A model generated the notes under the pieces. It was not told where the DNA came from, did not search any database, and was given only the letters and a program-made list of their open reading frames with translations. A stretch of 64,000 nt of DNA from Fimbriosthenelais zetlandica (lineage: Eukaryota): contig OZ365114.1 of assembly GCA_977030845.1 (NCBI GenBank), positions 16,926,001 through 16,990,000 of the forward strand, given 5' to 3'. Numbering within the stretch: position 1 is the stretch's first letter; each line of letters begins with the position of its first letter. Shown here in pieces: positions 27,401 to 39,400 of the stretch. A program made the position numbers and the translations under genes.

Positions 27401-30400
27401 TCATATTCATACTAGTGGAAAATGGTGACCTTTAGAGTGAAATGATGACAGTGTCTGGAGTAGGTAATGTGACAATGGTGCACACTGTTTACATTAGCCT
27501 AACCACAGACTGTGAACCCAATCAGTCTGAAAATTACCACTTCAATCCCCACTGTCAGGAATTGCCATGGGTATTTGTAACTGTATATCAGAACCACTTG
27601 TGGGAGATCCTGACAGTTGCCAGTATACTTAAAGAGCATGCCTTTCTTGTTTCCACTCTAAACTTGATCATGGAATTCAGCCTCCGTCTTGAAATGAGGC
27701 TGCTTTGAACAAAGCTCTTTTCAAAGACTTCAGGACGACTTTTCAACTTCCTGTCTGTAAACTTTAAGGTTCGAGGGGAGGGTTTGTGATTCACTTGAGA
27801 GGTATTTTAACTCCATGCACTTCTGAAGTTTTTTGATTCGTTTAGTCTGCAGAATGTTTAGATTTGTTTGTATTGGCCTCAATGTCGACCACAGTCAAGC
27901 ATAGAATTTTCCAACATTACTTCTGGGGCAGATCTCCTCATGTAAGTATTCATATTTAAAGAAAGTTCAATGGGACTATAACCAGGATATTTTTGGAAAC
28001 ATCCAGGAAAATGGTACTCAAAAGTTTAACATTAATGTTCTGAACCAAGACCAGACGTCCATATGTAAGCCTGGCGCACCATGAAGCACTACACATGAAG
28101 AAGTTAGCTCTAGGTCAGACTTAGTGTGAAGTGTTACCATAGCAACAGTCTAATGAAACTTCTCTGGGGCTTGATCCTCCCCCATACTGTAGTCAGGGTT
28201 ACCTGGGTTTGCTATGGTTTTTACCTAAGTTTCCATGGTTGCCATCTGGATTGGCCTCAGGGCTCAATCAGCAACAACCATTTGCAACTTGGGACTCAAC
28301 TCTGTAATATAATTTCAAATATAGTCAGTCTATATATTCCGAAGCCCCTAAGGAGTATTCTGGGACCTCCCACCAACTGATGGGTATATATATTTCCCGT
28401 TCTAACATCTGGTACAGCTTGCAAGCTTTGGTTATGACCTAGCAGCGATGAATAATTGAAATCTGCAGTCTCAAATTTATGATATCTTTGTGTCAGCTCG
28501 TCCGATTGAAGGTACTAGCCATACATCCTGAACAAACTGCAGGGTTTGTATCCACTTGCAGAAGAAACAAGGATTCAGCTGATCTTTGAGATAACAAGTT
28601 AAAATGACAGTCTAGTTCGTGCCCCAGAGTCCAAAGGGGAAAAAGGCAATTTAGCAATATGATAATGTAGCAGGATTAATAGTCTTTGGCAGAATTCTCT
28701 TTGATTTAGCCCCGACACATGTGAATGATACAGCAGCTTGATATAAGGACTGCGCCAATATGATCTCTCCTCATATTGATATTAAACATCTGGCTAGGGT
28801 CTCAGATGTTGGTCTTTATTCCTGCCTTGTCAAATACATCTCGATTCACAGCCCATTATGCATGAACATGGAAACTTCCCTCAACGATCTGACCCGATTT
28901 ATAATGCATCTGTTTTGAAGCAGTAGACACTCTGAACTATTGCAGTCTACTTTCCAATACATCAATCCATACTACTCAGCTATTCCCTATGTGGATGTCT
29001 TAAGACAGGACTGAGGAAGGTAGAACTTGAAATGCCCGTCAGTTTTCCTCTATAGATATCTGAATGTATTACCCTGACCAAAACAAAAGGCCCCCAACAT
29101 AGAAGACAGTAGCTGGTAATTTAGTAAGAAATTGGGTAGTGAACAACTGACGAATTAGTGATGCGTGAGACTTCTAATTCTTGTCTGTCAGTATCAGCTT
29201 TACCTGTCATCCTAACATACATAACATAGCCAGCAGCCTATAGGGCTTTGTGCTATCAGCTGATTCAGCCAGCTTGTCTCAGGCTCTGCCTCTTTTTCTA
29301 TTTTCTTCTAATAACAAACACAACACGACACCTGCCTAAGCAATAACGACACGTCCACAGCCAAGAAAACACTGTTAAAAAGACATATTTTTCTTCTGAT
29401 GCGGCCATTCCCATTATTTTATCCTAGACTTTCTTCTGTAGTCTGGATAGACTTTCACAAACAATATTTTGTAGAACCAAAATTCTGCATCACGAATCAT
29501 CGTCAATTTTGGCAAACTGTTTTTCGAAAATATTTCCTTCTACTAATCATTCCAAGGGTTATCTATACAAAAGAACTGTAGCAGTTACCTTTGCTCGGAC
29601 CATATAGACGAGCCTCTGTCTTTCATCAACTAGTTTTTGCTCCGGGCACCTGCGTCTAAATATTTATACTACAATACCGTGGAAACAGTTGTCGATCCGT
29701 ATGTTTTATAGATTTTAATCTTTTTTGACCTGAAAGGAAGAATCATTTTAAGAACTAATATTGTGAATTGCTGCTTACTCTAAAAAAAACTCTTACAGCA
29801 CCCCCTGGGACATTGCAAGTTGGGTCTGCATGGGCATGTTTCCTTCTGAGTTGGACAGGTGTTTTTGCACCTCAAGTGCGGGTAGTTTTTCACTTGGCAT
29901 CGCTGGTATTTATTCTTTAGTGGATACTTTATTTACTGTATGAAACTAGCGGTGTTTAGTGTATTTCTTGTATAAAGATATCTTCACACATGTGGAAAAA
30001 GCTATGTAAGGGACGAGGGAATGGATGAGACCAACGAGTATCATTCGTTACTGAGAACCGTTCATGTACGAAACCGAAATCTCTTTTTTTTAACAGGAAA
30101 CAACTTTGAATTGACATACTACCATGTAATTGGATTAAAAGGAAAGTGAAAGTATAAAAACTCACTTACCTGCTCACAATACTTTTCTATTTATATTGTA
30201 ACATACATTATATATTTGTATTGTTAGAGACTAGCCTGAAGTAGTCTATAGTCTGAACCAGACAATCAAGTAATTTAATTTGTTCAAAATAGTTGTGGTG
30301 AATGTGGCTATAGTGGTTGGCAGAATGTTTATGTATTTTGTGGTTAGGATTGGGGTATAAAAGGTGCAGACATAGGGATTATGTTTTTCCTCGGAGCTTC

Positions 30401-33400
30401 CTTTAGTCAGCGTGGCCGTCGTATCAAGTTACAGCAACACACAGAGACAGACACATGCACATAATGCCTCCATACTTCAACGGAGGCAAAAAATGGGTGC
30501 TTTCTGAAATATCAATCCCATTCGTGTGTTGATACATTTGTGTGTATATCCCTGTGAATAGCCACTCAAAAATAAGTGTCCTGGCCGATATCAAATTAGA
30601 TTATGGTCCAGTTATGATTATGTTATTTGGGAAGGAAATATGAATTTTGTTCTGTGGGATGTAGATTTAGAAATAAATCAACGGAAGTAATCCAACAAAA
30701 TATACAGACGCCAAAAAATATCAACACGTGGAGGCCAAATGAGAGTGTGAAAAGAAATGTCCATAAAATATCTTTCCGGCGTCTGTCTGGTATTTCTATA
30801 TACACCAGGACCCATAACCAAACATGTTCCAGCTCCGTACAAGTACATGCAGCCCCCAAAAAGTAGTCTCCGTCTCAAATCAACAAATCCACTCCCTCAC
30901 ATATATGTAAAAGCTATAAAATCATTTTTTCCGTCATTTCATCCTATGTAAAAAGATTTTCAATCTGACTTTCCGTATCTTGGAGATGATTAGTTAGAAA
31001 CACAAAAAGGGTGAACAAGTGAACGCCTGTGCACTAAAGTGACGTCACGACAACACGTGTAGGTGATGAGTTGATCACGACACAACTTAAATCATCCCTT
31101 TTTCTCCTTAATAATATTGGTGATGGGCTGTCAATGGTATAGGTAATTTCAAGCACTACCGTCAGGGAATATAATTATTATTAGTTTGAAACAACCCTCG
31201 ATTAATTAATACATAAATAAATATGCTTTAAGCCTAATTTTCAATGTTACATCTGAACGGTTCTGCAAAAAGAATACAGCTTTAAAATCGCTTTAGAATG
31301 TTTGAAGACTCACCCTGCTGCCTTTTTCTCCTATACATTTACAGCCCCCGTTCTGCGTGCAGCCGCCACATTGAGGAATCCTACTGTCAATCTCCGAGTT
31401 AATTCGATCAGCTTCAAACCGATTATCATAAGAACCAAATTGCTGAAAAAGAAAAGAACACATGGAGTAAAAATGTGTAGCTAGAAATATCACAGAAAAG
31501 ATTTTGAATGTACATGTATATTAGATAAGATGTTTAAATATGACTGGCACCCTTGAATGCAGTATGGCATCCAAGTTGCAATGCTGAAATTCTGTAGACA
31601 TGGAAACATTTAAAACATTCGGTGGGGATGTGGGGAGGAGTGTGTTTTCCGACGATGATATATATGGATTAAATAGGCTGACAATGGCTGAAGACATATT
31701 TAAACCCCGTAATATATCATTCTGAAGGAATCTGGATCAAGATGGCATATTTAGGCTATACACCAAGTACAAAAGGTGCCCATACATGCAGTATCCCAAG
31801 AGAAGAAAACCACTGCCATAAACCTTTAATTGGTGGCCGCCATGTTTAAAAATAATCGCACCAGGAAGTGACGTGTTCTGTGCAGCTGATCCACTGTGAC
31901 CAATCAGGTGTCACCAATCGATTCTTGCTAGTTCTGCTAGTTCTGAAAGTGACCTCTAGTGGAATGGACCGGAACTATGTATACCCTTCATTCTGACTGG
32001 CTAATCAACTATCTAAGGTCAGGAAAATAATTGTATACCTACTTTTCTGCTTTCAGAATTCTGACATTCAAATAAGCCCGGAACCCCCTGATATACTTCC
32101 AGCTCAAACCTTATAAATCCAACTCCACAGGGCCCCGCGCTGCTTGGTGGGTGGTACATGACACAGGAGCAGTTCACCTCTCCTAATTTATCCCCTTGAG
32201 ATCAAATCTAAACATATAGGCTGGTTTTATATTTTTAAAGGCTGAAGTCACAATAAGGATTAACACAGGCATTTTGTTAACATTTTGTTAAACTGGACCT
32301 AGGGATGGTCCTATAGAAGGGCACGTAGCCCATGTTATGTGAAACGGTTAATTATGATTTCAGGCCTTTACTGATAAATTTATGTACACATGGCTTGGCT
32401 AGAAGATAAGAAGAGAAGACTTTAACAAGAGGCTCAACAAGAGACTCATAGATCTCTATAGCAGTGTCTGTTAGCAGGAGAGTAGAGCCCACTGATAAGG
32501 AGATCCAGCACTCGCCTATCTTTACTCTACACACTGCAGCAGCACACTCTTAAAATGACAAGGATGGGCCTGCTTATCAACCTTTTACAAGAGTGGCTGG
32601 ATAAGAAAAGTGTCTAGGACCAACAGTCAACATGAGTTAAATGTTATTATTTATGTAACAAGAAGTGTGCTTCATTTAGTCCAGGCCAAGGCAAATCAAT
32701 TCAGGATCCAGCAGTCTGTAAAAGGCGCCCTGTTTTATCCCGTAAATGTGGGGTTATTGCCGAAAACAACATGACTAGAAAATACAGGATTCTAACTGAC
32801 TTTGAATGACATTGCGTAACAGCTGTCACTCCACCCAATTAGCAATATTGCCTGCATGTAAAGATATCTTATCAATCTTCAAATAAATATCTGAAACGCG
32901 AGGAGATAAAAAGTTATCCTGAGTGCTCGGCCATCTTTGATAAAGCCGCCCCATGCTTTAAGCACCGTAACATGAGTATAATCACTCCAAGACAATTGTG
33001 TGCCACCATTTGCTATGCATTTCCGGCTCGAGACAGAGGGAGAAAAAATAACACTTAACTTGTTGGGAGAGCACCCATTATAGTGGGGTGGTTTGTATTG
33101 GGTTACTATAGTGAGGGCCGTACGAAATGCCAATCAAAGTCCCTATCTACAGCTGGATCTAACCCTTAAAGGGTCATGTTGCCCTGTTATTTTTCTTTTT
33201 CCCCTTTTTCCTTACTATATAAAGCTGACACTTCCATATATAAACTAAAGGCTGTACCTTTCAATATCAAAATTAAAAGTGATATCAGGGGCTTTGACAA
33301 AATTGTGAATATCATACACATCAAGAGGTCTAATTCTGAAATATTTATGATATCATGGAATCGTGATATTTTACTCTATTTCCAATTCGATTCCCATCTG

Positions 33401-36400
33401 TCCTTGTGATACATTCAATTTGATATGTCTCAATAGATTATTTGTAAATTCGATTTTGAAATTTTGGTTAAGGAGAAAATGTGCGAAAAATGTGTATTGA
33501 TCAACGTCCCAGACAGCGACCCCATCGTGTCTGGAGGCATGAAGTGAACCATGTATTAGTAGCCAGTTACAGGTCACACGCCTGAATTAACAAAACAGGA
33601 ATGTGCATTTATGTCCTACATTAATCTCTGGATATAGATCATGCCACCAGGGTATAGGAAAGCCACCCGGGATGTAGAACCTGTAAGCATCATGTCCTCT
33701 GGTATGTACAGTTGGGGGCAGTTGGTGCACCCCACGGGTAGGCATTGACCCCCGCCAGTTTGGACTTCATACCCCCGGATCGATCGAGGGTCTGTTTCAC
33801 AAAAAGTGTCCCAAGTTAAAAACAAATCAGGCGAAATTAGCTCAAATCAAGACGATCCGTTATCAGTGGTTGAATGAAATATAGACCGACAATGTTATTT
33901 TCGATTACAAAATATGTATCCCAGAACTAAGACAGTAGGCTATATGCCGATATACATGAAACAACCCCCCTGCATTCATGGGGTGAGTACAGGGAGGGCT
34001 GAAGTCCAAGAAGAAGGCAGTCTGGTGCAATCTGAAAGCATCCAGACGCTCAATAAAAACACCCTTCATTCTTGGACCAGTTTGGATTAATCTTCTCTAA
34101 GTGGGTTCCATGTGGTAGAGGTATGGCCATACATTTATACTCCCTCAGTCTCGTGTCATAAATATTTGGTGGTCTTTAAGACTAAAGGAGATTCAGGTTT
34201 TGGGGAGAAAAATCAGAAATAAGTTATTGATCAATATTTTGTATCTGGTCTAACCTTATCATGATTCTCATATTATATTATCAGGTGGTACTCAGATCTT
34301 TTTGGATGCAATCTCCGGAAGATATAGATTAGATATGCAATACTAGGATTTAGGATATTATGTTAGATGTTCCAGACCATAGGGTAACACTCTCAAAACT
34401 TCATTTCCAATCTAAAATATTGGATCTCACAAGTTTTCCTTTGAAAGATCTAAGCCCTGTGCCAATGCAGAACTTGAAACTAATGAAGGGAAGGCATGCA
34501 GAGCTGATGGGAGTTTAAGTTGAAGTGTCCCAGAGTATAGAAGCGAACCTGACCATGCAGATAGGCCTTGAGGTCAGCCTGGGGTCTGAGATCAGGCTAA
34601 AGGTGGAGTTAAAGTGCATAAGGTTGTGTAAATGAGCCCCACACTGGCCGGGCATGTTTAAGATCAGATGTAAAGGTGAGCTGGCCTACATTTCTGAGGG
34701 TGAAAATAGCAGAGAATCCAAAGTATGAATGTTGTTGTGGGTTCCTTGAGCTTATCAGCTTGGACTAGTGGCTTTCAGAACATACACTCTACAATTACAC
34801 GTCTGTTTTCTCAAGTTAGGTTACTTCATTTAATAGAAGCCTTTTTCATATTTCTGATCTGGCTAAAGTCAAAAAGAAAAGTTTCCCCTTGGTAAGCTAG
34901 TCGGAAATATAAATCTGGATATAAGGGGAATGTAATCAGAGACCTGGTATGGAATTATAATGTAAACTGGGCCTCGCAGACCAGACAATTCTTAGGTTAC
35001 GGTTGACATAGAAATGAGCTTCAGGTCAGTTTTGAGGTGAGGACATGGTTAAGTGAGGGATTCCCCAAGTAGTCACCATGGTGATGACACTGCTAGAACA
35101 GTGACACCACCTGGCGGTACCGCCTTTCATCTGGCTGAAGTCAGGGAAGCTAAGATCTAAGAAAAAAGCTCCCTCTGGGGCGTTTCCCTTTCGCATTTAA
35201 TTGGCTAAATGTTGAATGTGACATGAAACTGGCTTAGTGAGTGTTATTTGATCGGCATCAGATGCACATGTCGATGACCTTGACCTCTGACATGGACACC
35301 ATTGATAACCTTTGACCTCGAAGACTGTGCGAGAATCAGCGAGATGTGTGTCACAAGTCATCCAATGGCGGACAGGCAGGCAAGTAGGCAGTGCAAACTG
35401 TCAGTCTATAAAGTTAGTTGTGTTGTCAGGAGCATCTGTTTTGTTTCAAGTCATAATGGGGATGAAATTGGAATAGGCATGTTCTAAAAAGGGGAAAGTA
35501 TATGGAGATACATTGTTAGTGTTTTCCTTTCTTTTTTAGAGGAATGGGAGGAGGTAGAAGGAGGCAATTCGTGTAGGCATATTTTAGACCAAGAGAGCCA
35601 AAATCTTCTAAATTTGCTCGTCCGTATAGGTTGTGCTGAATACATAGTGTACGCAATCGCCTCTGCAGCTCCCATGACCTCTTTGTATTAAAGCATTTAA
35701 GAACTGGCCAGAGGGAGCAATGTCTGAAATGCTGTGAACATTCGGCAAAGAAGCCTCAGGGAAGTCACTATATGATATCATACACTACAGATTTGATCAG
35801 GTTTTCCTCTCGCTCCTCAGCATCAACTCATGAAATCTGGCAGACAGCAACCCCTTATATCTGTCCAAGAACCAGGTCAAGGGCGCGCGAATCTCCATGT
35901 CACATGACCTGAACGAGTTCTTACGAGATGGATCGACCAGGAGGAGTGAAGTGATGACTTGACATTTTGGCCTTGGATCATCTGGTTGTAGACTCTTATC
36001 AGGTTACCTATACAACTGTCTTCAAGGAACACGAGTGGCTGAGTAAATCTACATAGCATATAGCCTTAAACCATGTCAAATATGAATGGATTTCAATAGA
36101 TGTGCCTTTGAAACGTCAAGGTTCTTGGCCCTGGGCAATAACAGTCCATTTTCCAAAACCTGGACGCTAAAGAGCTTTCAGATGATAATATCAAAAGAAT
36201 CAGACGACCCCTCGATTATATACCTTTGAAAGAAACAAGTTAAAACTTGAGATGCAGGGACCTAACATGTAAATCGAATTAAGAAGAAACCATGCAGAAG
36301 AATGTGCTCATTCCTGCCAAGCCCTGACCTTATTTCGCCTTTCAGTGACCTCTATGTAAACCCTCACCCTCGTGTCCACCATTAATAATCATATTTTTAG

Positions 36401-39400
36401 AACCACCCGTGTTTACACTGTCATGACTAAGCCTGTCTGCTTGAAAAAGTAGATACAGTTTTCTGAGTTCCCTCGGGTTCAAAAATCGCTATATTCTTTT
36501 ACATCCTTGCCCAGCTATTCATATTACATTGTTCTATAACTTATATGAATTCTGTAGCCTATATGTATAGATATAAGTTGTAACAGACCCCATATGGGAA
36601 GATTATACATACTGGTCAATGTCAAAAACAGATGACAGGAACCAGGGTGATGTCGACAGCGTGTCAATCAAGCCTTGGTCTACACCCAGTGAATTATGTG
36701 GGAAGATCATTTCAGGGTGAGCAGGCAAATCGGTCTACTTTAACCTAAGATAGCCTACCAATACCAAATCAATCATGATCCTATACAAGGAGATGAATGG
36801 ATCATAAGAAATCATGAAGTTCATGTAAAGATTAATGCCAGCTGTAAACTTCTTATTGCTGTGTGGAGCAGATAGAAAGGAATTCTCACCACAAATATAC
36901 ATCCCCAAGCGGTCAAGATCATGACTGCATTTTACACATCTCTGAACCGGGAACAGCCTAGGCGAATACCTGAAATTTCATAAGACCAGGGTATCTAACT
37001 CACTGGTAAGAAGTAACCTGACAAAAATAATAGGAAAAAGGCGTTACCGTATATATACTGAGTCAATGATGGGCTGAACTGAATTTGGAGTGGCTCAGAA
37101 TATACTGTTCAAAGTCTGTGTCGTGAGGGGTGAGGTCCATCTGGAAGGTTCCTGTCATGTTATTCATTAGAAAGGTGTTACCCGGGGTGGGAGGCCTGAC
37201 CCCAGTGGACTGTGGATTCCCACATATGTTAGCTTGATTGGTACTGTATTGATACATGCATAGAGTCAGATATGCAGGAATTCTGTACATGCAACCCCTG
37301 CATGCAACATAGGGCCATTCAATAGCATCCAATAGTTAATGAGTCCATCCTTCCCTGGTATATTTCAAACAATTTCAATTGCCTAATCTTGTGTTTCTAT
37401 ACATTTTATGGCCATTGCAGCAACTCATCCTATATGCTTAGAGTCAGCGGTTTCAACACCAGTGAAAATTGTGATAGCGAACAACAGAAGGCGGGCAGCC
37501 TGTGGAGGCGATATCTCCAACCTGTCCCTTGATTACTACCATCTGATAGAGACAGAGGCTCATAATTAGAGAGCCCTATATGTTGTCCATGTACTGATTA
37601 GCATTAACACTCCAGTTAGTGCTCCCTCATGACATGTCTCTCTGTGATGGAAAGATTAGCATATATGATAGAACCTATATTTTCCTGAACGTTGCTTCAC
37701 TTATAAATAGTGAAACAAAGTTCCACCCATGTGAAATTACATGTATGTGATTTAAAATACTACTTTTAATCTGAAGGTTTAATTGATAGAGGCTGAAAGG
37801 TCATAGGAATATTTATGGCGGCGGGCTTTAGAATGGTTCGCATCTGGAATGATTTCACGAATGCAAGATAAGCAAGAGCATTGGATGATTGACTCATCGC
37901 GTAAATGGTGATAGAAAATATCACTTGTGAAAGATGAGAAGACTAGCAGACAAGCTATCCTCCATTAAACTTATCATTAGGACACGAGCCTAACTGCATT
38001 TTATCATTAGCCAGCTGTTCAAAATATCTTTAAACAATTCTATGAATATTTTAAAGAATCAGTAACTGGAGAAAGCTGCAACATTGTGAGTGTGGGAAGA
38101 ACCCTGGAGGGGAGCTGGAGGGCGTTTTTCATGACGGAGGCCAAATTTCGTTTTTATCACTCTAGAGGATAAACTCTACAGTCCAGCTTAGGCACCAAAA
38201 CGGCCATAAATGTCAGCTTTTGAAGGGGGATCCCATATATAATTTCCCCTTGAAAGATTTATATTCATACGGTGAAATTCGATCACTATTATGAACATAA
38301 CTGTAGTGACTTAGTTGAAGGACCAATTATCCCCTTTCAATAACTAATAAATCTTAAAATTCCAAAACCAAGATTCCAATAACTACATGTTCTACATTCA
38401 TGAACATGATCGTTAACTTATGACAGAGAACTAATGCAATATGCAAGAGATACAAACACACGACAGCATCCCAAAACAGAAATATACCACTGCCTGAGGA
38501 AATATGAGGAAAAAACCTGGCACTCCCCGTTTCCTCTCTCAATCACGAAAGCTCTACCTACACACATACAGTTTAGATTGATTTCTTTAAGGTTAACACC
38601 CCCGTATTTACATTCGTTTGTCAAGCAGGGGCAATTTCCTAGCCCCCTGTTAACTTTCATATCATAACACCCCTCCCCACCCCCACCACCCACCCCACTC
38701 CATCCCCACATCTTGCCATCTGACTAATTCTTTTCGGCTCGTGATGCTTTACCGCGGTATATACTCCATTCCATCACGATTTTGGTATCCAAGAAGTTCT
38801 TTACATCCCAAAATACTTCGCCTTTCGTCAGGATTAGTGTTTGACTTGAAAAGCTGTGTCACATAAATGACTTTCTGGCAGAATAAAGAAGGTCTAAAAC
38901 GGGCATTTCATAATAATTATTGATACACGCCAATGTTTAATAATATCACTTTAGATGACAGCTGAGCCCGCCCCTCAGACCGCCTTAACCGGAAGTGGCT
39001 CAGCCCGCTGCTGCCCGGCCTCAATATGTCGGCCATCAGCCTCGCATAATTAGGATAATGAAAGGTTTATGGGAGTTTGGACACCAGCTGGCGCTCGGTA
39101 AACATTTAGAGATTATGGAATTTCTCTTTGATTCTAAAGATGGCCATGTGTATGAGGGTGTTGGCATTGGAAAGTACCGACACGTGCCTAAATCACATGC
39201 CTTGCAGGAGCAGCCTGGGAAATATTCAACAACTATGTATTGGTATTACCAGAAAGGAACTGAATTCCCAAGATGAGTTATTTGTTCGTAAAATTTATAG
39301 AAAATGATCGATTTTTAAAATATAGGCGGTTACCTCTCTGCAATTAACAGTGTCATTTAACAAAATTTGAATTTGGTCGGTTAGGGGGCAATCACCCTCT

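Noticed and set aside
38219-38341. MITE with TTGAA(A)GGGGAT termini
   Set aside because: The inverted match is short and imperfect, with no target-site duplication or second copy.
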